Shown here piece by piece: positions 40,068 to 56,689 of a DNA stretch of 64,000 bases (positions are counted from its first letter, which is position 1; each line of letters begins with the position of its first letter). The DNA lies in assembly GCF_009914755.1 (NCBI RefSeq), contig NC_060926.1, one strand, 5' to 3'. The stretch is from the human T2T-CHM13v2.0 reference genome, Homo sapiens. The translations under genes were made by a program, and so were the position numbers. The notes beneath the pieces were generated by a model. The model did not search any database, was not told where the DNA came from, and saw nothing but the letters and a program-made list of their open reading frames with translations.

Positions 40068-40531
40068 ACTAGGTATAAAATAACAATTACCTTTTTGTCT
40101 AAGAACAGACTCATTGTGATGCTAGATCATGAGCTGGAGTAGTACATTGTTAATCCACAATCATCTTTTTGTTCTCTTTATGTACTCTTCTCCTTAACTG
40201 TGAGCCCTTAAAATAAGCCATGCCACCAATTTTCAGCCCAGATTCATGTGTAGTTTTTTTTTCCCACTTCAAAACATTCTTCCTCATGGAATTATTTTAT
40301 TCTAAGTTTGTAAGTCCCAGTAACTTAAATACATTTGTTCAGTGAAATAACATTTGTCTAAGTTTACCTTCTTTAGTCAGGCAAAAAGTAATAGCAAATC
40401 TCTGTGGGTATCAGAACAGAATATTGAAAAGACAGCTACTACTGTAATACATAGATGAGGAACTGAGGATTTTGGCTTTATCTCACCCAAACTCTACTGC
40501 TTTATTTCTTGTTTAAATGTTAAATGTATGT
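40068..40531 (+). pseudogene. Decayed KAP-family P-loop NTPase (KIDINS220/NKPD1-like), N-terminal part of the domain
   Basis: Hand translation gives three collinear matches to recalled KIDINS220. LDHELE*YIVNPQSSFCSLYVLFSL (from 40122) vs LEDEMK..IEPLFQFSWLIVFLTL. ELFYSKFVSPSNL (from 40289) vs ELLLKLMFVNPPEL. KFTF...EDFGFISPKLYCFI (40360-40506) vs RFLF...EREFGFLATRLFRVF. Confidence 0.62.
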
Positions 40532-42817
40532 TGTATTATTCCATTTTCACACTGCTATAAAGAACTGCTCGAGGCTGGGTAACTTATAAAGAAAATAAGT
40601 TTCATTGACTCACAGTTCCATATGTCTGAGGAAGCCACAGAAAACTGACAATTATGGCAGAAGGGGAAGTAGGAGTGTCTTACATGGTGTCAGATGAGAC
40701 AGAGCATATGTAAGAGGAACTGTCAAACACTTATAAAACCATCAGATCTCATGAGAACTCACGCACTATCAGGAGAATAGCATGGGGGAAACTGTCCCCA
40801 TGACCCAATCACCTCCCACCATGTCCTGCCCTCAAAACATGGGGATTATGAGGATTACAATTCAAAATAAGATTTGTGTGGGGACACAGCCAACCCATAT
40901 CATTTCTCCCCTAGTCTTTCCCAAAGTTTATGTCCTTTTTGCGTTTCCAAACCAATCATGCCTTCCAGACAGTACTCCAAACTCTTAACTCATTTCAACA
41001 TTAACTCAAAAGAATACAGTCCAAAGTCTCATCTAAGATAAGGTAAATCCCTTCAGCCTATGAGCCTGTAAAATCAAAAGCAAGTTAGTTACTTCCAAGA
41101 TACAAGGAGGGTACAGGCATTGGATAAATACTCCCATTCCAAATGGGAGAAATTGGCCAAAACAAAGGGGCTACAGGCCCACGCAATTCTGAAACCCAGC
41201 AAGACAGTCATTAAATCTTAAAGTTCTGAAATGATCTCCTTTGACTCCATGTCTCACATTCAGGGCACATATGCAAGAGGTGGGCTCCCACGGCCTTGGG
41301 CAGCTCCACCCCTGTGGCTTTACAGAGTACAGCCTCCTGGCTGCTTTAATGGGCTGATGTTGAGTGTCTATGGCTTTTCCAGGCATAGGGTACAAGCTGT
41401 CAGTGGATCTACCATTTGGGGATCTAAAGGACAATAGCCGTCTTCTCACAGCTCCACTAGGCAGTGCCCCAGTGGGACTCTGTGTGGGGGCTTCAATCCC
41501 ACATTTCCCTTCTACATTGCCATAGCAGATTCTCCATGAGGGCTCCAGCCCTGAAGCAGACTTCTGCCTGGGCATCCAAGTGTTTCCATACATCTGCTGA
41601 AATCTAGGAGGAGGTTCCCAAACCTCAATTCTTAAATTCTGTGCACCTGGAGGCTCAAAACCAGGTGGAAGCTGCCAAGCTTGGGACTTGCACCCTCTGA
41701 AGCAATGGCCCAAGCTCTACCTTGCCCCCTTTTAGCCATGGCTGGAACTGGAGCAGATGGGATTCAGGATACCAAATCCTGAGGCTGTGCAAAGCAGTGG
41801 GCCCTGGGCCCATCCCACAAAACCATTTTTTTCTTCCTAGGCCTCAGGGCCTGTGATGGTAGGGGTTGCTCTAAAGGTCTCTGACATGCCCTCGAGTCAT
41901 TTGTACCACTGTCTTGACTATTAACATTTGGCTCCTCATTACTAATGCAAATTTCTGCAGCCCTCTTGAATTTCTCCCCAGAAAATGTATTTTTCTTTTC
42001 TACTTCATGGTCAGGCTGCAGATATTCCAAACATTTATTCTCTGCTTCCTCGTGAAAGCTTTGCTGCTTAGAAATTTCTTCTGTCAAATACCCTAAATCA
42101 ATTATCTAATGTTTGAAGTTTCACAAATATCTAGGGCAGGGGCAAAGTGCCACCAGTCTCTTTGCTAAAGCTTAACAAGAATGACCTTTACTTCAATGCC
42201 CAATAAATTCCTCATTTCCATCTGAGATCACTTTAGCCTGGACTTCATTGTTCACATCACTATCAGAATTTTGGTCAAAATTATTAAACAAGTCTCTAGG
42301 AAGTTCCAAACTTTCCCACTTCTTTCTGTCTTTTTCTGAGCCCTTCAAGCTATTACAATCCCTGTATAATACCCAGTTCTGAAGTTGCTTCCACAATTTC
42401 AACTATCTTTACAGCAGTATCCCAGTCTCTGTGGTACCAATTTACTGTATTAGTACATTTTAACACTACCATAAATAACTACCCAAGACTGAGTAATTTA
42501 TATAGAAAAGAGGTTTAACTGACTCAGTTCCACATGACTAAGGAGGCCTCAGGAAACTTAAAATTATGACGGAACGGGAAGCAGACATGTCTTACATGGC
42601 AGCAGGTGAGAGAGAAGGTGTGTAGGAGGAACTGTGAAACACATATAAAGCCATCAGATCTCATGAGAACTCACTCACTATCAGGAGAACAGCATGGGTG
42701 TAAACAGCCCCATGGTCAAATCACTACCCACCAGGTCCCATCCTTGACACATAGGGATTGTGGGGATTACAATTTGAAATAGAGATTTGTCTGGGGACAC
42801 AGAGCCAAACCATATCA
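40532..42817 (-). mobile_element. Complete THE1D-like MaLR (LTR 40532-40902, internal 40903-42445, LTR 42446-42817)
   Basis: Two direct ~370-bp LTRs (tgtatt...accatatca) flank THE1-int. Degenerate 5-bp TSD tatgt/catgc. Confidence 0.92.
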
Positions 42818-42869
42818 CATGCTTCAATATTAATATGCACATGATCAATAAAACTAGTGACATGATGCA

Positions 42870-43443
42870 GTAATTATGTAGAAAAATATAACTAGTCCCA
42901 CCCATCACTTGTCTACCTAAGAAAACCTTATAGTATAGCTTTACATGTTTCTTTTGTTTTTTATTTTAATGAGATAGTATTATACACATTTTATGGCAAC
43001 GTGTTTTCCTCAATAGTATTTATGGATTTCTCTCCTGGCTATTAGATTATCCAGTGCAATTTTATCTCATTCTTTTTTAATATTTTCAAATTTAGATTCA
43101 AATCAATTTATTTTACTTTTTTTCTGTAAATATTCAGTTTGCCTCCAATGCTTTGCCAATATAAACCACACCATGGTGAAATTTTCTATAAGTAATATTT
43201 TCAAAATGTGCATCAAAATGCATATACTTTTTACTTTTAATGAACTTTTCTAAATTAGATTTTTAAATAAAAGCTTGTATTCTCATTAGCAATGCATCCC
43301 TATTTTATATGTTCACTCACATAAGATCTTCCTTTACTATTTTTTTTTCTAATTTTATAAGGCAACATCTCATTGTAGCTTTTATTATACTTTTTCTAAA
43401 TGTCTGATGAGCTTGAACAATTTTCATAAATTCATTAGCCATT
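42870..43443 (-). mobile_element. Very old L1M (L1ME3/4-like) 3' fragment
   Basis: aatgagatagtattatacac, catctcattgtagctttt and gatgagcttgaacaattttcataaattcattagccatt. Confidence 0.65.
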
Positions 43444-44594
43444 GCTGCAACTAAATTTCAAGGAATCTGGAACACTTAAGTTATTTCTTCAGGAAACTTT
43501 TCAGAAACACTTCCATCACCTGAAAAATACAAAGATATTACTTGGTATCAAGTATATAGATGCTAACATTATGAGAAAACAGAACCATAGGAAATGAATG
43601 GTCCTCTGTCTTTATCGCTTACCATATGGAGTATACTGAGGCAGTAGTCAAGGTGTGAGCAGGTAGCACCATAAACAGACTAGACTCAGCATCATTCTGG
43701 AAGGACTCTGCACATTTGTGAGGAGTTTAATAGTGCTGTGATAGTATGGAGAAAGATGAATCTAAATAAGGTGAAAGGATAGCCATAGAGAAGCTTTGTT
43801 CTAACTAGAAGCCAGGCCAGTCATGAACAAGAAAAGAACCTGTTGGTGGAGTTAAAATGAAGTCTTCTAAGGATTGATTAAACAGCTAAGCCTTCATATG
43901 TAAGTTAAATGTACAAACACTAACCAGCAAGTGACTTGTAGACTTTTGTCTATTCTGGCTATTCTTAGAAGGCTATGTTTTCTTCTGAGAAAAACAGAAT
44001 AGTGCACTAAATAAAGCTCCTGGGCAGCATCCAAATGACCATGGCCATGCCAACTCAGAGAAGCACTGGCAATTTACTCAGGGAACTCCTTCAACTGCTT
44101 CCTCACCATCCTGAGGAAGATCAAGCTGTATGTTTATGATGACAAAGACATAGACCAAATAGACAAAATTACTGAAATGACTTCTGGATGTCTCTCCCAT
44201 CATTTGAAGGAATTCTCCAACCCAAACCTTGGACATCACCTATTCCTTTGCAAGCCTGATGGATTTGGAATTATCAAACATATTAACATCAACATTTCAG
44301 TGAGTCTCATCTTCAGCAGCAATCCCATTGAAAGCCTTTGAACAAGCAACCACTTTTACTCTTCAGTGCCTCTCTTGACAGAGCTGTCACATTGCTGGAA
44401 GCCCTGAGGACAGTGGGCTAACTAATGCTGCCCCTTCTGCGTGGAGATAGGTCAATGCAGACCTGTCTGAGGTCTCCCTGAATGACCTGATTCAATGCAG
44501 GCTAACCAGTCAAGAGCAAGACTCTTGTTCCTGCAGAGAATATCTAGTTCTTCATAGGAAAAATCACAAAAAGAAATGGTTCTGCTGCCTTTAG
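43444..44594 (+). pseudogene. Decayed KAP-family P-loop NTPase, Walker B to C-terminus
   Basis: Four matches to recalled KIDINS220 in one frame. QTRLSIILEGL (43676-43708) vs QTRLVVIIDGL. QQVTCRLLSILAILRRL (43925-43975) vs PQTMRRLLNIVSVTGRL. K*SSWAASK*PWPCQL vs RLASWINLTEQWPYRT. LTILRKIKLYVYDDKDIDQIDKI (44102-44170) vs [23 protein letters not shown]. There is a 100-codon stop-free stretch at 44039-44338, and 16 consecutive G/C-ending codons at 44081-44128. Confidence 0.7.
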
Positions 44595-45589
44595 GAGAAA
44601 TCAAAGCCTGCTCAAGATACTAATTTTTTTTTTCTGCTGCAAAAGAGATGTACGAATAAAGTGGACACATTTCAATCAAGTGGGCTCTTTTGAGTAGTTA
44701 AATCCTGGGAAGATAAGCAAAGGAAAAAAAAAAGACTACCAGAATAAAATGTCACTTCCAATTTTTCCCTCTTCAACATAAATAGTCTGTCATCCAGATG
44801 AGTCATCTTGTCACATTGAATTACCTAATAGAGCAGGCCAGTGCCCATAATTCAAAAAATTATGTCTCTCCTTTAAAACCAATTGTGACATAAACCCATT
44901 TACGATAAGTGGCTGCAAGTTCCCAAAGTGTTTATCCCTGAGTATAATGAGACTGAATTTATGGCAAGAGATGGAGGTGAAGAGACATGCCAGATACCAA
45001 GAGGGAAGGCCCTTTTTTAAAGATGTTGTCAGTGGGGCAAGATATTGATAAATAAGTTTGTGGGAATCAAATTATAAATTATAGCAGCCTCACTGGAAGA
45101 GCTTCAGCCTCTGAAATGATGGAGCAATATTGCATGGTTTTATCCCTTTGGTACCTCCATTTGAGTATCTTTAATGATATTTCATGTTTAATAATGATAT
45201 AACAGTACTTTTTACTCACTGTTCCAGAAAAAGAATGCCAAGCGAACATATGTTGTGTGCACTCATGAAAAGCAAATGGATAGTAAGGATACTTAATTGT
45301 ATATGTGGGGTTAATGTCAAAATGCTTTTATAAGTTAGGCTAGATTTTATTATGCATGAAGTAGAAGATGATAGTCTATGTCAAACTGATCATTTAATGT
45401 TAAACTTAGCAGATCAATATTACATGAATAGTATATTTTATGAAATAAAGTTCAAGTAATTGCTTTGGGAAATTTAAAGAACAAGATGTTCCAGATATTT
45501 AACTTTTAATATTTTTCCATTTTTGAAAGGAATTGACAAGTATGGCTACCCACTATGGACTCTTCTACCAATCTGTGAGATTTTGACCA

Positions 45590-46227
45590 TTTCATTTTTA
45601 CACCTGTCTATATACAACCACTGAGTGACTACTGTGTGCCAGATCCCGTGCAGGTCAGTGAAGACACAAATGCAGAGAGGTTCACCCCTGCCTGCAAGAT
45701 TTTTGTATTCTAATAGAAGGCAGATCTGCAAATAATGGCAAAAACATGAGATATGTGCCGTATTTGAAACATAAACAAATGCAATAACAGCAGGTGGAAA
45801 ACGGCATATAAATTTACCTAAAGAAAGAAGATCAACCTTCAAAGAGAAAGTAAATTAGATTTCTAGAAATATGGAAATTTGCTACACTAAATCTTGGGAG
45901 GGCATTCTAGGTGCACATGAGAAATATTTGTGAATTAGCGTAAAAACAAGTAATGTAATTTCTCAAAACAAAGAATGAGTCATACAAAAAAGTGTAGAGA
46001 TATAGGAGAAGTCATATCACGATAGAGCTTTTATGTTAATAATTATTTTCTAATAAGTTAAAAGAAATTTAAAAACATGAAGCATAGAAGTTACAAGATC
46101 AGCTTTAGAAAATGTAGAAATTTTGGTTGTGCCAATCACAGACTGGAAGGTGGTAGGAATCAGGTGGAATGAATGTCGGAAATCCCAGTAAGAAAAGACT
46201 CATTTGCCAAGAGCCTGAATTAGGACT
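45590..46227 (-). mobile_element. L2 fragment
   Basis: ctgagtgactactgtgtgccagatcccgtgcagg...ttctaatagaaggcag...gcctgaattagg. Confidence 0.65.
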
Positions 46228-46229
46228 AT

Positions 46230-49030
46230 GACATTTCTTCTAAATTGCCACAGTTATGTAGTTATGTTTGCAGAGTTGTTTATAGTATTCCTTACTATCC
46301 TCTCATTATCTGTGAGGATAGCAGTGAATATATTGTCTTTCATTCCCATTATCAACTATTTCTCTTTTGCTTTAGTCTTTCTAGAGTTTTATCAACTTTG
46401 TTCATCTTTTCATAAAACCTCTTTTGTTTTAATTTTTCTGTATGTTTTTCTGTTCTTATTTTTGTTGTTTTCTCTTATCACCCTTGTTACTTTCTTTCCT
46501 CTGCTTGATTTAATTTTGGTTTATTTCTCTATTCTTTTTCTAATTTTTTAATGTGGAAGCATGTTACTGTATTAACAAATTTCTTCTTTACTAATATAAG
46601 CATTTTAGTGCTATAAATTTCCCTCTAAGCATTGTTCTAGCTGCATCTTACTAATTTTTCATTTTTATTGAGTTCAAAGTATTTTCTAAATTATGTTAAA
46701 ATTACCTCTTTGCCTCAAAGATTATTTTGATGTGCGTTGTTTAATGTTTCAGTGTGTAGAGATTTTCTTCATATCCTTCTCCTAGTAATTTCTAATTTAA
46801 TTTCATAAGGCCTGAAAATATACTTTGTACAGTTTTAAACCTTTTAAATTTGTTAAGGTCTACTTTGCAGCACAGGTTTGGTATATCTACTTTAGTATTA
46901 CAAATACATTTGGGTGGGGTGTTCTACAAATGTCAGTTAGATCTAGTTAGTTTATGGTATTCTTAGTTTTTCTAAAGCCTCACTTATTTTCTACCCACTA
47001 TAATATTACTCAGAAAGAAGTATTGAGATTAATTATAACCGTGGACTTAACTATATCTTATTTTAGTCCCGTTAGATTTTGCTTCATGCATTTTCAAGCT
47101 CTGTGGTTAGGTGCATACATATTTAGAAGTTCTAAGTTTTCCTGGTGAATTATCCCTTTTATTAATATCTCTGTTTTCCCTGGTAATTATTTTTTGTTCA
47201 ATATGAATATAGCCACTCTAGCTTTCTTTTGTTTCATTATTGCCCAAAAAAACTTTTTCTACACTCTTTTTCTTAATTCTACTTGAAGTGAACTTTGTGT
47301 AGACATCATAAAGTTAAATTATATTACATATTCTATCTGAAATTCTGTACTTTAATTAGTATGTTTAGATATTTACATTTAATGTAATTACTCATATGCT
47401 TATAATTAAGTATAATAATATGTATATTCAACTTTTTCATATTTACCTTTAAAGCCTATTCAGAATCAATATTTTACTATGTCATTTGGAATATAGAAAT
47501 ATTAACATTGTATAGGTCCCCTTGTTCTTTTATGCTACATACATGTCTTACACATTTTTTCTACACACAGTAAAAACCTCATCTGGCAATGTTATACTCT
47601 CTGATTGTAGTTGAAACCAGAATTGCCAGAATGCTGTTTTTAATAATTCAAGAGAGGAAAAGATGAAGATTTACCTGGATATTTTCCAATTCTGTTGTTC
47701 TCTTTTATTACTTAAGTCCCAAGTTTGTTTCAATTTATACTTCCAGTAAACCACTTCTCAGTTTTTCTTTAACTAAGTGCCTTAATTTCACCTTCATTCC
47801 TAAAGAAGATACAATAATTGGATATATGATTCAGGATTACTTTCCATCATTAAAAATATTATGCCACTTCCTTCTGAACTCAGTGGTTAATTATGAGAAT
47901 TTTATATTCTTTTAAATATTTGTTTATCTATAGGTAATCATTTTTCTTTGACTATTTCCAGTTTTTTTTTGTCTTTTGTTTTCACTGGTTTGTTATAATG
48001 TGTCTGAGTAGATTTCCCTCTGAGGGTTTGTTCAGCATATTGAATTTGTAAGTTTATATCTTGTGTCAATGTAAGACATTGTCAGCTGTCATTTCTTCCC
48101 ATTTTTGTCATTTCTTCCAGAGAAGAATCTCTGTCCTCTCTTTCTGGGACTTTGATAAAACAAATGTTTGAAATTTCTTTGTTTTTTCAATGATCCGTCA
48201 TCTCTGTTCATTTTTTCCTATTTTTTAAATCTTATTTTCAGATTGCATAAATTTTATTGCTCTATCTGCAAATTTACCAACTTGTATTTTTCTTCTCTGT
48301 TCTGATATTAAGTCAATCCAATAAGGATTTATTTTGATGGTATTTTTTATATCTACAATTTTCTTTTGATTCTTTTTTATTTATCTTTTTTGAGGCTTTC
48401 TATTTCAACACATTTTCAAGAGTATTTATAATTCCTAGTTAGAGCATTTCTGTAATAGCTGCTTTAATGTCCATCAGATATTTTCAATACCCATGTCATA
48501 TTGGTGTTGCTGATTATCTTCTCCCACAGGAGTCAAAATTTTCATGTTTTTAAAAACTATTTTATGATTTTTGATTTTATCCTGCACATTTACATATTAT
48601 GTTGTAAAATTCTAGGTTTTAAAACATTCTATGAAAATGTTATTATTTTTGTTTTAGCAGATCATTGAACTGATTAGTTTAAACCACTAGTTTTATCCTG
48701 CTTCCTGAGTGTCCTGGTTCTAATATTATATTTATTTTCAAAACCTTGGTAGTAGTCTTCAAATTTGTTCAAGACATGTACCATTTAATGGTCATTCTGG
48801 GACCTAGATAGTGGCCTTTTAATTCATTTCTCAAAGGGTTTGGCATGCTGACTAGAATCAGTCCTGCCATGTAGAGCTTGGAGGTGAGCTCTGGAGTTCA
48901 TAAAATTTTTTAAAATATATTTTCTTAGTCCGTTCCTCTACATAGCCTCTTTTGTCTTTTATGGTTTACCAGAGATTCCATTTCAGTCCTGTGGACAGAA
49001 AATTGAGATTCTATTTTACCTGTTCTGCTG
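46230..49030 (-). mobile_element. Old L1M fragments (ORF2 start, ORF1 and 5' region)
   Basis: ttttagtgctataaatttccctctaagcattg, gcttcatgcattttcaagctctgtggttaggtgcatac and atttacatttaatgtaatta. Confidence 0.75.
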
Positions 49031-49099
49031 TGTATTGCTAATGTTGTGCCTGCAATTCAGCCACTTTTAAATTGGTTCTACTAAATAATGCAGCATAAT

Positions 49100-51550
<2,451 letters not shown>

Positions 51551-52784
51551 TAATCTGATAAGTGGAGAACATATTCTGTCTATGGTGAATCAGGAAAGCA
51601 AGCAAGCTGAAAATACTGTACACCCTTATTTCATGGGTTAAGAAGTAAAACAAATCTGTAAATCTTGGAAGAATGATTGATCAAACTCATTTATAATACA
51701 CTCTATGCCTAAATTGCATAAATTCTCTACCATGTAAAATCCCCGATAGTTGATAATTTCAGCTGTGAGAGAGGATTGAATAAAGTTTGAGGCGGGGGAG
51801 GTTCCAAGATGGCTGAATAGGAACAGCTTCAGCCTGCAGCTCCTAGCGTGAGCGACGCAGAAGACGGGTGATTTCTGCATTTCCAACTGAGGTACAGGGT
51901 TCATCTCATTGGGGCTTGACAGACAGCAGGTGCAGCCCACGGAGCAGGGCGGGGCATTGCCTCACCCGGGGTTGGGAAATTCCCTTTTCCAGCAAAGGGA
52001 AGCCGTGACAGAGGGTACCTGGAAAATCAGGACACTCCCACCCTAATACTGAGCTTTTCCAACGGGCTTATCAAACGGCACACCCAGGAGATTTTATCCC
52101 GCACCTGGCTCGGAGGGTCTCACACTCACGGAGCCTCGCTCACTGCTAGCATAGCAGTCTGAGATTGAACTGCAATGCAGCAGTGAGGCTGGGGGATGGG
52201 CGTCCACCATTGCTGAGGCTTGAGTAGGTAAACAAAGCGGCTGGGAAGCTCGAACTGGGTGGAGTCCACCGCAGCTCAAGGACACCTGCCTGCCTCTGCA
52301 GACTCCACCTCTGGGGGCAGGGCATAGCTGAACAAAAGGCAGCAGAAACTTCTGCAGACTTAAACATCCCTGTCTGACAGCTTTGAAGAGAGTAGTGGTT
52401 CTCCCAGCATGGAGTTTGAGATCTGAGAACGAACAGACTGCCTCCTCAAGTAGGTCCCTGACCCTGAGTAGCCTAACTTGGAGACACCTCCCAGTAGGGG
52501 CCAACTGACACCTCATACAGCTGGGTGCCCCTCTGAGACAAAGCTTCCAGAGGAAGGATCAGGCAGCAACATCTGCCGTTGTGCAATATTCGCTGTTCTG
52601 CAGTCTCCACTGGTGATACCCAGGCAAACAGGGTCTGGAGTGGACCTCCAGCAAACTCCAACAGACCTGGAGCTGAGGGTCCTGACTGTTAGAAGGAAAA
52701 CTAACAAATGGAAAGGACATCCACACCAAAACCCCATCTGTACATCGCCATCATCAAAGACGAAAGGTAGATAAAACCAGAAAG

Positions 52785-53808
52785 ATGGGGAGAAACCAGA
52801 GCAGAAAAGCTGAAAATTCTAAAAATCAGAGTGCCTTTTCTCCTCCAAAGGAACGCAGCTCCTCGCCAGCAACAGAACAAAACTGGGCGGAGAATGACTT
52901 TGATGAGTTGAGAGAAGGCTTCAGATGATGGGAAATAACAAACTACTCCGAGCTAAAGTAGGATGTTCGAACCCATCACAAAGAAGCTAAAAACCTTGAA
53001 AAAAGATTAGATGAATGGCTAACTAGAATAAACAATGTAGAGAATTCCTTAAATGACCTGATGGAGCTGAAAACCGTGGCACAAGAACTACGTGATGCAT
53101 GCACAAGCTTCAGTAGCTGATTCGATCAACTGGAAGAAAGGGTATCAGTGATTGAAGATCAAATGAATGAAATGAAGTGAGAAGAGGAGTTTAGAGAAAA
53201 AAGAGTAAAAAGAAATGAACAAAGCCTACAAGAAATATGGGACTATGTGAAAAGATCAAATCTACGTCTGATTGGTGTACCTGAAAGTGACAGGGAGAAT
53301 GGAACCAAGTTGGAAAACACTCTTCAGGATATTATCCAGGAGAACTTCCCCAACCTTGCAAGGCAGGCCAACATTCAAACTCAGGAAACACAGAGAATGC
53401 CACAAAGATACTCCTCGAGAAGAGCAACTCCAAGACACATAAATTGTCAGACTCACCAAAGTTGAAATGAAGGAAAAAATATTAAGGGCAGCCAGAGAGA
53501 AAGGTCGGGTAACCCACAAAGGGAAGCCCATCAGACTAACAGCGGATCTCTCAGCAGAAACTCTACAAGCCAGAAGAGAGTGGGGGCCAGTATTCAACAC
53601 TCTTTAAGAAAAGAATTTTCAATCCAGAATTTCATATCCAGCCAAACTAAGCTTCATAAGTGAAGGAGAAATAACATCCTTTACAGAAAAACAAATGCTG
53701 AGAGATTTTGTCACCACCAGGCCTGCCTTACAAGAGCTCCTGAAGGAAGCACTGAACATAGAAAGGAACAACTGGTACCAGCCACTGCAAAAACATGCCA
53801 AATTGTAA
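52785..53808 (+). pseudogene. L1 ORF1p, disrupted
   Basis: ATG at 52785 (atggggagaaacc) and end at aaattgtaa. Fragment KRSNLRLIGVPESDRENGTKLENTLQDIIQENFPNLARQ. In-frame stops and frameshifts. Confidence 0.9.
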
Positions 53809-53871
53809 AGACCATCAATGCTAGGAAGAAACTGCATCAACTAACAAGCAAAATAACCAGCTAACATCATA

Positions 53872-56689
<2,818 letters not shown>

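Noticed and set aside
41171-42402. 180-, 107- and 69-aa ORFs, and similar ORFs at 28969-30150
   Set aside because: Remnants of the MaLR internal region, not host genes.
43900-43968. 69-nt gtaagt...ttag mini-intron within the KAP relic
   Set aside because: Its sequence encodes the QQVTCRLLSIL motif in the main frame, and the best branch-like site is too close to the donor.
43444-44594. Endogenous bornavirus-like element or RGS7BP pseudogene
   Set aside because: No collinear match to recalled bornavirus N. The RGS7BP resemblance is limited to one short patch and the tail, whereas the KAP motifs match in order.
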